Below, piece after piece: positions 1 through 14,354 of a DNA stretch of 64,000 bases. Under the pieces are notes generated by a model, which ran no database searches, was not told the origin of the DNA, and saw only the letters and a program-made list of their open reading frames with translations. Position numbers and translations under genes: made by a program. Source of the DNA: the human T2T-CHM13v2.0 reference genome, Homo sapiens; NCBI RefSeq assembly GCF_009914755.1, contig NC_060926.1; one strand, written 5' to 3'. Position 1 is the stretch's first letter, and every line of letters starts with the position of its first letter.

Positions 1-38
1 TAACCATGTAAGTCCTAGAAAGCAGCTTTCTTGGCAGG

Positions 39-225
39 GAAAGAGCACAGATTTGGGAGCCAGACAAACCTATATTTAAATATTCATGCTCAGCCTTTAA
101 CCAGCTGGGTGACTGTAGGCAAATTACTAGGCCTGGTTTCCTCTTTACCTGGAAAAAATACCTTCCTCCAGACCTGTCCTGAGGTTTAAATGAGATCATA
201 TCTGTTAAAAAGCTTGGTGCTATGT
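39..225 (+). mobile_element. MIR SINE fragment
   Basis: Core motifs ctgggtgact..ggcaaattact..gtttcctc..gaggtttaaatgagat. Confidence 0.65.
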
Positions 226-437
226 AAACTCTAAAATGCACAGATAATTTAGAGCCTTATGTCCTATACATACAATGTTAAAAATTGGGGTTGTATTCCC
301 CAAATGCCTTTGAATAATAAAAATATCAGAGTGATCAAACAAAGAAACACAAACACTTTAAAATAAATGTTTACATACACAAATGATTTTATAAACATGC
401 ATTTAAAATGTAAAAATGAACTCAGATATCAAACTCC

Positions 438-1152
438 TGAAACCACCATTGCAAAATAAATATCTGAGACAGTGTAACAGATCTGACTTAACCAACTCCA
501 TCTTGCTTCTAACCACCAAGCTCTCCTTGTTCATTTTTGGACATAAGCCAAATTCACTTTGGGAGGAACTTAGTTGATAGTTTAAAACAAAGTGACAATA
601 GCCCTTTCCCAAAACAAACCCCCTTCTTGCCTGGGGACTAAACTGCCTTTGTAGGACTAACAAATTAGCCAAAAGATTAGAAATTATGGTTTAGGAGTCA
701 TGCAGCTGGAGGCTACAAGATTCCAACCCTCCCCAAATTGCTCCTGGAGATAACGTCACTATTATAAAACCTAAGATCCGTGCTTGAGAGATTTTGCAGA
801 CTGTGCACTTGATGGATCGGCTAGCACTACACAGATCGATAAACTGGCTCATCTGATCTTATGGCCCCCGCCCAGGAACTGACTTGGTGCAAGAAGACAG
901 CTTTGAATCCTTATGATTTCATCTCCCACCCAACAGATCAACACTCCAGATTCACTGTCCTCTACCTACCAAATTATCCTTAAAAACTCTGATCCCTGGA
1001 TGCTAAGGGTAACTGATTTGAGTAATAATAAAACTCCAGTCTCCCACACAGGTGGTTCTGCATCAATTACTCTTTCTCTATTGCAATTCCCCAGTCTTGA
1101 TAAATTGACTCTGTCTAGGCAGTGGGCAAGGTGAACCTGTTGGATGGTTACA
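438..1152 (+). mobile_element. ERV1 solo LTR, LTR8-like
   Basis: TG...CA termini (tgaaaccaccattgcaaaa ... gatggttaca), AATAAA, and a 4-bp TSD ctcc (434-437 and 1153-1156). Confidence 0.85.
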
Positions 1153-1290
1153 CTCCCATCATAACTTTTCCTTTTCAGGGAGTTTTCCAGATAAGCTGAA
1201 ACAGGGGGGATTTTATACAATACAGTGAGTTTGCAAAGTTGCAATATTCTTCCATTTCTGGAAATCCTGTGGACATTCTAAGATTCTCAA
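1153..1290 (-). pseudogene. Dynein pseudogene AAA1 exon remnants (continuing 405-437 beyond the LTR)
   Basis: MSTGFPE resembles VAEGFVD; KLTVLYKI resembles KFITLYTL; SYDG|SL across the LTR resembles HYDWGL. Confidence 0.5.
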
Positions 1291-1699
1291 TGGCTCTAAT
1301 GACTTTGGGACTGCATTTAACTTAGAATCAAAAGTCTGAAATGTTTTCTAAACCTATTCTGTATCCATGAGTGATTATAAAAGTCTTTGATGAATGGTGG
1401 TAAATGCTAGAAGAAGAATGTCCTTGGCAAATTCATATTCTTCGAGGATCTCTCACTCTTCCATTTCAGTAGGTTCTTATTCCTATACCACTGATTCTAA
1501 CCACTTCCCTTTTCCAGGATGCTGAAGGTACAGAAAGGTCTTCTCCTAGAGGAATCAAAATATTCTTTCTTATCCCTGAAAACACATTTGTTTGATATCT
1601 CTGGGACTCTGTGCTTCAACATAGAAAAAAAAATGCTTGCCAAATGTGATAATTAATTCTTTAGACATACAAATTTGCTGTATCCAGTCACAAATCCAG

Positions 1700-1870
1700 G
1701 CAAGCAAAAGCCATCCCATCATGATTTCTGATCACTGCCCCAACCTAAGCTCTCTTCACTTCCTTCAGATGTTTTCCCCTGCCCTTCAAAATCACATTCC
1801 TAGGCAAATACAACAATTGGAAATTGCAGGCTAGCTCATCGGCTTCCAAAGCCAACTCAGGGTGATGAAA
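1700..1870 (-). pseudogene. Dynein pseudogene AAA1 P-loop exon remnant
   Basis: AG then FITLS, resembling YITLT. EGQGKT (GQGKT at 1770-1784) resembles Walker A GPAGTGKT; AFAC resembles VFNC. Confidence 0.6.
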
Positions 1871-3496
1871 CTATCACGCTTTGTTTCCACAGGAATGGCT
1901 TCTCTTGATGTTTTCAGTTTATCTTTTTTGTACATATTTTCTCTTCTTAAATATATTGAAGAGTATAAATAATCCCAAATTTGAAGAAAATAAAAAACAG
2001 AGAGAGAGAGAGAGAGAAATAATCTGACACAGATTCCCTCTGTGAGGGCAGGCTCAGACTGCAGGCTGCATCTTCAGAATCACTTCCAACTGGCATGCAC
2101 CCTTCAGGTTTTTACTGGAGTCAAAGCAGCCCCCATTATGAGGTACTAATTAAGTGGCCATAATCTAAGCGCAACCCAACCTTACTTATTTTAAGGTAAT
2201 AACTTGCTTTTTTGTGAGCGGCAAGCTGGAGGGACCATTTTAATGAGTCTTTAGTCATGCATATATGATGCATAAGTAGGCCCATTGTTCTCAGGAAGAC
2301 TCTGAGGTAGACTAGAAAGCGAAAAACCCAGACTTCAGACTGAGAGGTTGAGTATCCTATTCACAGTGTCAGCTGGGCTTTGTAGCAGTACTCTTCTATG
2401 GAATCTCAGTGGGGCTATCCTCCTATACCCAGGTTTAGACTGCCTAGAGCCTGGGACATATTATGTCTTTTGTGTCTAGTCATGTTCTTATGGGAAGTTG
2501 AGATTGAGGCTGAACTATCAGGGGTTTGCGAGCCAGATCCCCTGTTCCCCTGACTCTGGGGACACAGTGAATCCCCTGGGCTAGCCTTGGTACTGACCCG
2601 CCCTGGACTGGATGAATGGTGTCCGTCACAGGGTGTTATCCAAGGCTGAACAAGCTGAATTTAGGGAACTGTACGGTGAACTGTATCTGGGCCACTGGAG
2701 ATCCCCCCTGAAGGGAATGGATCAGATCCATCACCACTGTCTGTCACCCAGAGGCAGGAAATGAACGGATGGATATTGGAGGAGGGGAGCACAGGTCCTC
2801 CCTGGGACTGCAAGTTCACTGGACTCTAGTTCTAAGTCCCTGGGAGTGCCCGTTGGCCGAAGGGGTTGAGTTGTTCCTGCCATTGGGAAACCTGTGAGGA
2901 TTATGAAGGAAGATTTTGGCTTGTGAGCTTTCAGAGTGGCGCATTCTAGGGTCAGCTGGGACCCACTTTGTTTTCTGTTACCCCAAGCCTTCAGAGAAAG
3001 AGCCAAAAACCATGGCCCAACCTGAGGTACTCAGTGGAATGAGGGAGGGCAGGAGGCCCTCCCCAGGGCTGGAGTAGCTGGGTGCTGGACATGGGCCCAT
3101 CAGAGTGGCTGTCGTGCCACCAGTGGCATGCCTAGCCTTCAGGATAAGAAGCCTACACAGAAAGATGAATAAAGGGACTGGTTCCCAGGGACACTCTATG
3201 GTTTTCAGGGGCCTAGGTTCCTGGCAATTCACAGTGATAACTGAGAGGACACTTTGAGGGGGATTCCCTTCTGGAAAGGAGGACAGTGGCAGCTCATCTT
3301 GTGTTAGTCTGAGTATAAAAAGGATGAGTTATTTCATTTTGTCATCACAAAATGGTTAAGTATGGCTTGGGTTCTGATGGTTACTGTGGTGTCTTCTTTG
3401 TGACTTAAAATGTACTAAAATCAGGAGATCACCTAGAAAAGGCACACAAGAAATATTTATTCTTTTTTTCCCTTTCTCCAAATTCAGATAGATCTC

Positions 3497-3700
3497 CTTT
3501 TCTGAGATTGAGGAGTAGAACCAAAAGGTCTCTATCCAAAGGAATGTAAGATAGTTATAAGATAGTTATATCAAGATAAATAATTACTAACAGCCTAGCA
3601 CACATATTAGAAAATTTATCACTTATATTTTTGTTGGTATTTCTCATCCCTGGAAATAAGATGCCCTTGCCTTGGGTTAGCCACTTGCAAAGGAAAGTGT
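3497..3700 (-). pseudogene. Dynein pseudogene exon remnant
   Basis: KWLTQ, RDEKYQQ, FSNMCA and YNYL resemble TWLSQ, RWEDTQK, FVNICDA and YEYL, in order. Confidence 0.6.
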
Positions 3701-4036
3701 GTTTGTGTGTCACAGAACGCTGTCTATTCACAGATCTTGCTTTTCACAGTAGAAAACCCGCTCCATCAACTAATTTTTTGTGTATGCCAATGCTTTTCAT
3801 CAATAGAGAAGCGCTCAGTGGAATATTTAGCCTGAGGACGAAAATATAAACAGAACGTTCTGCCACAAAAGATATACACCTTCTCAGAGGCCAGGGAAAT
3901 AAGGAAGATGATCTTCTATATCCCTCCCTTTTCCATAACTCCATGAACCTAGTGCTGATTTTGTAGCATCTCTGCTTAATTCTGATTTCATGCAGTTTTA
4001 CAAGGTCAGGTGTCAATCAGTAGCAGCCAGAAACCA

Positions 4037-4185
4037 AATTTGCTTGAAATCAGGCCTTCAACCTAGAGGCACACATCTATCTATTTCCCCTTGCATTTCC
4101 TCAATTTCAACAAAATTTTGTCCAGATCTCAAGTTCTGTTATATTTATCCCTACATGATAGTAAGGTTTATTCAAAGTGAGCTAC
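4037..4185 (-). pseudogene. Dynein pseudogene exon remnant
   Basis: IDVCL*VEGLISSK resembles IDVHARDVVAKLISQK. Confidence 0.5.
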
Positions 4186-4599
4186 AGTTTTCTAATAGAT
4201 TCTTTTTTAGCCATTTCGGGGTGAGCTTTTCGTAATACAGGAATAATAAAGCCAGCTTGTTTAACAAGTTTCATAAACTGGATACATAGGTTGATTCCAT
4301 TTTTGTCTTTATTAGTTTCATGGCTTTCTTGAGGTATAAGTGACATAGAATAAACTGCACTTATTTTAAAAGTATAATTTAATAAAATGTAAGATATGTA
4401 TATACCCATGAAACCACCATTACAGCCAAGATAATGAACATATTCATCACCCCCAAAGTTTCCTCAGATCACCCCATTTTTAACTAAGGAGAATATATCC
4501 ACAAGCTCCTATTAGACTCTCTGCCTCAGAAAGTCAAATTGCTGAGAAACCTATTTCTGAGCCTTATTTGGCTTTTATTTACACAAGTTGAATAGATAA

Positions 4600-4720
4600 A
4601 CATAATTCGTTGACAATGCATTCATAAACGAGGATACGTGAAATCTGTCTTCCAATTGCATCTTAAAAGAACATATTTTCATAGTAAAGTCTATTTGTCC
4701 CGGGAAGCATTAGACTATTT
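4600..4720 (-). pseudogene. Dynein pseudogene exon remnant
   Basis: FPGQI, WKTDF and YE.AL resemble FPAQV...WTTDV...YETAL. Confidence 0.5.
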
Positions 4721-5594
4721 GAAAGATGGAAATGGAAAAGTGAGCGATCATACTTAGAAAAGTCGCTGGTTTTTATCTCTTACAGGTCTGCAAATTTCTC
4801 AGAAGCTAAGCTTGAGAAAAACTACAGATTCCCGACATGAGTATTGTAGCCTCCACCCTCCCTTAGTCTCAGTGACAGAAGTGAAGCCCAAACCTCAGTT
4901 TTTACTCTGGGGAAGCACATTTTATAACTGGTCTCTAATTAAATGTTATTTAATAATTGCTTAATAAAAATTCTAACATTCCAGATAAAGTCATGGCAGC
5001 AGCACTATTAGTACTATGGTACAAAGATTTTCCCTTCTATGGTGTCTGCAGCAGCTGGATTCCTCAGTTCCCAGTTCTGCTGCTTACTAACTGTGAGAGC
5101 CCATGGCTAAGACATTGAACAGCTCCAACACTCAGTTTCCTCATCTATTAAATGGGACTAATGATAACAATAAGGCTTCCATGAAGATGAGATCGTAGGC
5201 ACTCCTTTAATGTTCACTGCCATTATTGTACCTGCATTGCCTTTTCTAGTCATACTATGGGCTAGAAGTGAGAGAGAAAAGCCTCAAATTTCAGTGTTAC
5301 TGACATTCTGGAGCAAGTATTTAATACACATTAATCTTTAGTGGAGCTAGCTGTCTTCTTATGCATCCGGACATCTGCCTACAGCCAAGTGGTATGTACC
5401 CTTCCAGCTCATTTTAATTTGGGACGAGAAGAAAGGACACTCATCTGCCAAAGAGGAAAGTTCCTTCACAACCTTAGCTTTTGAAGCTTACGAGAAGGAG
5501 CCGGTTGTGGAAGTGGCCCCACCCTCCATTGGAAGGCGTCTGTTCTGGACACTTGAGTTCTCCTGCAAGACCCCAGAAAAGCAGTTTTCTAACT

Positions 5595-5711
5595 ACCTTT
5601 GAAATGTCCCCATGGGGGCCAGTGCATCCTCTGTAGATAGCCCTGAAAAAATAGAAAAGCCTCCCAGTTGGAGCAGCTCTCTTGAAATGCTTTTTCACAT
5701 TGTATATTATA
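5595..5711 (-). pseudogene. Dynein pseudogene exon remnant (FPRFYF motif)
   Basis: CCAG acceptor. QCEKAFQE, RLFYFF and GDISK in shifting frames resemble [35 protein letters not shown]. Confidence 0.65.
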
Positions 5712-5768
5712 CTGGTAAAAAGTTTAATCCATCTTAGTTCCTGGAATTTATCCTAAGGAAATCATTCA

Positions 5769-6069
<301 letters not shown>

Positions 6070-6414
6070 TTTTTTTTTTTAAGACAGAGAGAGAGAAAGA
6101 AGCAGTGAAAAACAGCATACATTAGAAGGTATACCTCACATTGATGCTAATAGTAAAAAATTCTCAACAACCTCATGCAACATCTAAATTTTGGTACATT
6201 CATGGGCTGGAATATAAGGCAGGGATTTTAAATTATAAATGTAAAGACTACGTAGAAACAGAAGATGTTTCTGCTACAATATTTAGTAAAATAGTAGTTT
6301 GATTATTGCACATGCCATCTAACCTCATAAAAATAAATATAATATGACAAAGATGGAAAGAAATATGTAAAAAAAAACTATTTTTATGTTCCAGTAGGTG
6401 ACTATTTTGGGAAA

Positions 6415-7259
6415 ACTCTGAAACCGGGTTTTTCTCTGCTCTCACACCACCACCACAATTATCATCAACACAGAAAAAAGACTTCCGTGACCATTATAAT
6501 GTCTGCAGGGTTTTCCCCACACACCAAGCAGCAGACCCCAGCTGGGTGTCCTCCAATTCAATTTTGACACTATCCACCTGGCCATAGTGTCAGATCCCAC
6601 AGGTTGAGGTCTCAGTCCCCAGGACCAACTAGCTTCAAGTTGGGGCTCCCATGATCCCCTCTTGGGGTTTGATTAATTTGCTGGAGCGGCTTGCAGAACT
6701 GAAGGAAACAGGTTACTGGTTTAGCATAGAGGATATTAGGATACACATGAAGAAGTGAACAGGGTGAGGTATGGGAGAAGGGGTGTGGAGCTTCCATGAC
6801 CTCCCTGCTCAAGCCAACCTCCTCCAGGAACCTCCACATGGTCAGCTATCTGGAAGCTCCCAAACTCTATCCTCTTGGGTTTTTATGGAGGCTTCATTAC
6901 ACAGGCATGATTGACAACTGTGTAGAAATGTGACTGGACAAAAAGCACATGATCTAAACCCAGCAGGCCTTGTCTGTTCAGACTTTTCTTGGCCTCTCTG
7001 TGTAGCATTCCTTCCTCTAGGGTATGGGGCTGGTCTCTCTCTGGAATGAGGGTCTTATGACCCACAATCAGATTAGAGTCCTGCCTTGGGCAGGTGAAAG
7101 GAAGGCAGGAGAAGATCAAAGAGAAAAAGATTTTGTTTCCTGAGGCCTGCTTCTGAGGCCTAAAGAGCCCCAGTATTATAACAAAAGACTGTAACAAGGA
7201 TTATATGAGTTATGAGCTAGGAACCATGGACAAAAAGCAATATATATAATAATATCACA
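6415..7259 (-). mobile_element. MER21-like LTR
   Basis: Reverse strand begins tgtgatatt and shares internal sequence with the element at 34735-35515. Confidence 0.75.
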
Positions 7260-8081
7260 GTGAAATTTTTCTCTTATTTTCCAGATTTTCTGTATTGTTT
7301 TTATGTATTTTTTAATGGTAAAAATGATGGTTTGCCAGGTGGCTTTAAAAGAAATTATGAAGTCCAAGATGCTTTCTATAGGCAAGAAAGCTGTGTACTA
7401 TTTTGTGGATTTTTTGCTTCCTCATTTAGCTAGGAGTGTGATGGATAACACACACAGAGTTTTCCTGTTAACTCAAGAGAATCCTTCACAGGAAGAATCT
7501 CAATTGTGAGAGATTCATAAGTGTAGACGGGGCAGTTAAATGGCAGCCAACTTGGCCCCTGGAAAAAGGGAAGCCTGGCAGATCTGGCTCTAGGCGTGAA
7601 TGGAAGTCATTCTGCAGGGTGTAGTAAAAACAAAATGACTTTGGGGCATTACAGATCTGTGTTCAACTTTGTCACCTTGGGATAATCAATTCTGGTTCAG
7701 TTCAAGTCAGTTTACTTTTCTGACCCTCAATTTCTCCATTTGTAAATGGGAGTAACTATGATTATGACATCCTCCTCAGAAAGTCCCAGTGAGAATTTTA
7801 GTGAGTTCACTATACTAGTTGCTGGAGATAAAATGATGACTAAGACATCAGGCTCAAGAAGTGTACTGGGGAAGAGCATTATTAGCAAAGGGTGCAACAT
7901 AGCAAAGGCAGAGAGGAGAGACATCCCATGCTGGGGGCAATTACTAACAGATCTGTATCAGGGCACAGCAGGGTGTAGCAAAAGTAGACAGGCAGGCAGG
8001 AGACAGACCCATAAATCCCATACCATTAAACTTTACCCTGCAGATAACAGAGCCACTGAAAGATTTTATGCAGAAGAGTGG

Positions 8082-8466
8082 TGATATGGTTTGGATTTGT
8101 GTCCCCGCCCAAATCTCATGTCTAATTGTAATCCCCAGTGTTGGAGGAGGGGCTGGTGGGAGGTGATTGGATCATAGGGGCAGATTTCCCCCTTGCTGTT
8201 CTGGTGACAGTGAATGAGTTCTCATGAGACCTGGTTGTTTAAAGGTGTGTGGCACCTTCCTCTTCTCTCTCTCTCTCTCCTGCTCTGCCATATGAAGATG
8301 TGCCTGCTTTCCTTTCACCTTCCACCATGATTGTAAGTTTCCTGAGGCCTCCCCAGCCATGCTTCCTGTATAGCCTGTGGTACGGTGAGTCAATTAAACC
8401 TCTTTTCTTCCTAAATTACCCAGTCTCAGGTAGTTTCTTATAGCAATGCCAGAGTGAACTAATGCA
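8082..8466 (+). mobile_element. MaLR solo LTR (MSTA/MSTB-like)
   Basis: tgatatggtttgg...ctaatgca termini; 5-bp TSD agtgg (8077-8081 and 8467-8471). Confidence 0.88.
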
Positions 8467-8653
8467 AGTGGAAATTTCTTTTTGCATTTTGTCTAGAACA
8501 TGTACTAATGCAAGCGGAAATTTCTTTTTGCATTTTGTCTAGAACACTCTGGCAGCCCCATGAAGGATAAGGCTCAAGGAATAGAAATCAATTAAGAGGC
8601 CACTGGGTGCTCCAGTGAGATGATGGATCTAACAGATTCAAAACTGAGCCCTT

Positions 8654-8950
<297 letters not shown>

Positions 8951-9823
8951 ACCCTGAGTCCTTAATCTCCTCCCTGTCCCTTCCCACTGCAAACCTAGTC
9001 CTCACGCAGCCTTCCCCACCTTGGTGGCAGTGATAGCCTTCCAGCCACTCCCTGTCTACTTATCTCTCATATCCTGCAGCCCTTCCCTCAGCAAATGCTC
9101 TGGTTGGTTCTACCTTCGGGTTATAGGCAGAATCCAGTGACTTCTTATCATTTCCACTATAAGCCAGCCTTATTTCTTGCCTGGGATGTGGAATAGCATT
9201 TTGTCCATTCTTCCTGTTTCTGCTTCTTTCTGTCTTCAGTTCACCTTCAACACAGTGGCCAGGGAGATCCTTTTAGGATTTGGCAGTCATGCCATTCCTC
9301 TACCCAAACTGCCCATCTTCCCCTTCACCCTCCTTGCTCCATTTTCTTCTGAGAACTGATCACCTGGTAGCACGGTAGGTACTGGGCAGATAAATATTTG
9401 TTAAAATAATGATTAGATGATTAGGGTCATGGTCTAAGGTAGTAGAAGAGGGAAACAGTGGGAGAAGACTTGTTAAGAATGACTTGGGAGGTGAAATTGA
9501 CCAGATTCAGTAACTGATGGCATAGTTATAATGGGGAGTCAAGACGACCCCAGGTCCGTCACTGGGCACTGGGATGGGTTGGTGGTGTCATATCCTGGTC
9601 GAGGGAGCAAAGGCAGTGGAGCAGGGATGAGATATGGGACATCCTGGGTAAGGGGGCTCCGTGGACTGTTCAAATGCAGACATCTGGGTACAGAGGTCAC
9701 AAGGGCTCCCTCTGCCCAGCCAGACTTCCCCTTGCCTGGTTTCCAGATGATGTCTGGAGAAAGGCAAACCCCAGATCAAAAACTAGGGTACCTAAGAATG
9801 CCCAAAGCCTACTATAAGGTTGT

Positions 9824-9872
9824 CATTACTTTTAATGATAAAAACCGCAATTTACTTCTGCATCAACCTAAT
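9824..9872. mobile_element. MADE1 (Hsmar1 mariner MITE) fragment
   Basis: cattacttttaatgataaaaaccgcaatttacttctgcatcaacctaa matches the MADE1 centre and right TIR. Confidence 0.75.
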
Positions 9873-9879
9873 AATTAAA

Positions 9880-10010
9880 AGTCCAGATTTCCCACCCTGC
9901 TGATTCTGATTCTGTAAGAGCTGCAGGGAGCCTAAGAATCTTCATTTTAACTAGGGCCCAGGGGATTCCGATGCAGATAATCCGCAGGCCTCACTTTGAG
10001 AAACACTGAC
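9880..10010. mobile_element. MER5-like hAT element fragment
   Basis: gattctgattc..gcctaagaatct..cattttaac..gatgca..cactttgagaaacactg. Confidence 0.65.
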
Positions 10011-11374
10011 CTCAATCTATCTCACTTTGGTCCCATTGATTACGTCTAGCTGTCTGAAAAACATATTTACATTCCTATCATTTTGTTAAGTCAGGACATT
10101 GTCAGGTGGAAACACTGACACTGATTAACATGTAAACTGTATTCCTTGCATGTATTTGATAAAGAATTTTATAACATTATCTGTCATAATTATAGAATGC
10201 AATGGCATGTTCCAGTGAGTTACACATAATTACATTAAAGCAGTATTTAGGGCAATTATATTGTTTGTTGAACTGTAATTTCATTAAGTGCAGAAACCTA
10301 TAATGGATTAAATTCAGAAACACTAAGTTTTACAGTGGCTCCCCTTGAAAATATTAAGGAGATATGGGGTTTGTATTGTTCTGCCAAGTCCCAGTTAGGG
10401 CCTGAACACAATAGGGAATGAGATGCAATTTGCCTTGCACAACCCTTTTGGTTTTGTCTCACCCCCTCCCCCAACTCTATACCTTACACCTCCCCTTCTG
10501 TCACCATCAGTCACGAGCTCCAGTCTCCCTGGGCCTAAACCCCCCACCTCCCAGACACCCACAGACTCTCTCTGCCACACTCTTCATTCGAAGAAAAATA
10601 CAGTATCTCATTCTCTCAGAGACTCAGAGGTCAAATTTTGGTGTGTGTGTTTTTTTTTTTTTTTAAATAGATTCATAGCAAATGAAACATTCCAGATGTT
10701 AAAAGCGTGGACAGTGAGGTCCATGGACCGGCAGGATCAGCAGCCCCAGAAGCTCCTTGGACCTGCAAGACCCTCCGGCCCCACCACAGCCCTACTGAAC
10801 CAGGATCAGACTTTAAAAAAGAATCCAATGCCAGTTTGAGAAGCCCAACTCAAAAATCTAGACCAACAACCTGGTCTACCTTCCTGGTGAGGAAACCAAG
10901 CCCCAAAGCTCCCTGGCCTAGGGTCCCACAGCTGGTGGTTAGCAGAATCATGTCAGAGCAAGAATAAAGGTTTTACTATTTTACAAACTATTGTACTTTA
11001 CTAATAGCTACACTTGGGCACCAAACTATGTGCTTTACATACATTATCTCTTTTAAGCCACTCAATAGCCCTACAAGGAAGCTAGCTATTCATGTTCTCA
11101 CTTTGGAAAGCAAAAACCAAAAGTCAGAAATGGAAATTTATTTGAGATTATAGTTAACCGAGTTTCAATACCAGATCTTTTCAACTCCAACATCTATGTT
11201 CCCAAAGCAGTGCTTCTTATTTCTAACCCATGTGAAAACAAGTGGTTGGAATGTCAAGCTCATGAATCATTTCTCTGCCTTCAGAATCTATGCATGGCCC
11301 TCCCAGCCCAGGGCCAGAGGGCTAAAAAGCTCTTTCTCCTGAAGGTGAACTGCTACCTCTTCTTACACCCACCG

Positions 11375-11515
11375 CTCTATTATTTTCCAAATAATTTACA
11401 TTATTTCATCACATTGCTAAGCCTTCACTGGGCTGAGATGCAGATGCTCCAGTTATCTTCAGACTGATTCAGCTGCAACTTCCATGTGAATACAGAGTTC
11501 CATCTTAGGACCAAT
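11375..11515 (-). pseudogene. Dynein pseudogene exon remnant
   Basis: HWS.KMEL resembles TWATMKF; QCDEIM*I.LENNR resembles KSDEQLFETLEHNQ. Confidence 0.5.
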
Positions 11516-11706
11516 GGGAGCCCCGTGCACCCTTCACTTTCCTACTACCCAAAGTAGTAGGTGTGGGGACGCTGCAGAGAGATTGAGATCTGCAGTTGAA
11601 CATAATTCCACATCTGTCTTAGTTCATTCAGGCTGCTGTAACAAAATACCATAAACCACATCCCTATGGCTTATAAGCAACAGATATTTATTTCTTATAG
11701 TTCTGA

Positions 11707-12079
<373 letters not shown>

Positions 12080-12192
12080 GAGGACCCATTTTCTTGTTCA
12101 TATAGATGCCTTTGCACTGTGTCCTCACATAGTAAAAGGAGTGAGGTCACTCTCTTGGGTCTCTTTTATAATGGTGCTAATCCCATTCATGA

Positions 12193-12587
<395 letters not shown>

Positions 12588-12639
12588 GGAGAGATACAAA
12601 TAAATTCAGATCATAGCACCTTCCATGTCGCTTTGGCAA

Positions 12640-12745
12640 TGGGTTCTCCCATCCACATTTCCTTGCTGGAATTCCTTGAAACAATCAGCACAACTTCTTC
12701 TTGAATGGGCAGTCTTAGTTTCTGTTTTTATACTGAACTACTTAA
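12640..12745 (-). pseudogene. Dynein pseudogene exon remnant (DHC_N2/linker)
   Basis: FSIKTET resembles FLINEAT; LRLPIQEEVVLIVSRNSSKEMWM resembles LNLHSYEDEVRGIVDKAVKEMGM. Confidence 0.6.
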
Positions 12746-12761
12746 CTCCTTTCTTTCCCGT

Positions 12762-13320
12762 GTGTTATTAGTCAAGGAAAGAGAAAGAGAACCAATAGGA
12801 AGGATGGATAGATAGGTGATAGGTACATATATACAAACAGAGGAGATCTATTAGAAGAATTAGCTTATGTGGTTATGGGGGCTGAGAAGTCCCATGACAG
12901 GCTGTCTGCAAACTGGAGAAGTAGGGAAGCCAGTAGTGTAGCTCAATCCAAGTGCAAAGGCCTGAGAATCAAGGAAGCCAATGGTGTTGGTCTGAGGCTG
13001 AAGACCTGAGAACCTGGGGGTGCTGCTTGTGCAAGTCCCAGAGACCAAAAGCTGGACAACCTGGGGTTCTGATGTCCAAGGACAGAAGAAGAAGGAAGTT
13101 CCAACTCCAGGAGAGTGAATTTGTCTTTCCCCTTTCTTTTTGTTCTGTCTGGGCCCTCAGCCAATTGGAAGGTTCCCATCGTCGTCGGGTGAGGCAGATC
13201 TTTCTATTCAGCCCACTGATTCAAATGCAAATTTCTTCTGGAAACACCCTCATAGGCATACCCAGAAATAATGCTTCACCAGCCATCTGGACATCCCTTA
13301 GCCCACTCAGGTTGACACAC
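12762..13320 (-). mobile_element. MLT2-like ERVL LTR
   Basis: gaaccaatagga..gaattagcttatg..ggctgagaagtcccatga..aaacaccctca..acccagaaataatg..ttgacac. Confidence 0.75.
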
Positions 13321-13479
13321 ATCCCTCAGCATTCTACATCAGCTTTGGTTAAAATTTCTGATACCAAAGGGCCTATGGTTTCTAGCTTCACCTTTTCTCC
13401 CCACTATAAGTCTTCTTTATGGTTCTATTTCTTGGTAATCTGAACTCATTCACATTCTTAATCTCATGTAAAGCAATAC

Positions 13480-13560
13480 TTAAGAACTAGCAACTTCAGG
13501 TTCCATAATTGCACAGCTTCTGCTCCTGTGAATCTGAGGCCAGCAAACTTGACGAATAAA
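13480..13560 (-). pseudogene. Dynein pseudogene exon (81 nt)
   Basis: TTTTAG acceptor, GTATTG donor. WPQIH...MEPEV resembles WRQIHVEQMDVEL. Confidence 0.55.
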
Positions 13561-13632
13561 CTAAAATAAAAAACAGAAAGAAAAAACATTCAGTTCCTTC
13601 AAATAATCTCCAGATTCAAGAACTGAGTTTGA

Positions 13633-13975
<343 letters not shown>

Positions 13976-13979
13976 CTAG

Positions 13980-14354
<375 letters not shown>

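Noticed and set aside
3930-4000. EIRIKQ...RFMEL similarity to dynein EDIRIQL...EFKELM
   Set aside because: Out of collinear order, so treated as chance.
7360-7429. LNEEAKNPQNSTQLSC as a dynein exon
   Set aside because: The position fits, but similarity is too low to list as a feature.
10330-10450. WQNNTN and LLNIFKG dynein-like peptides
   Set aside because: Two incompatible assignments, both too weak.
12943-13443. 163-aa and overlapping ORFs
   Set aside because: Mostly inside the MLT2-like LTR.
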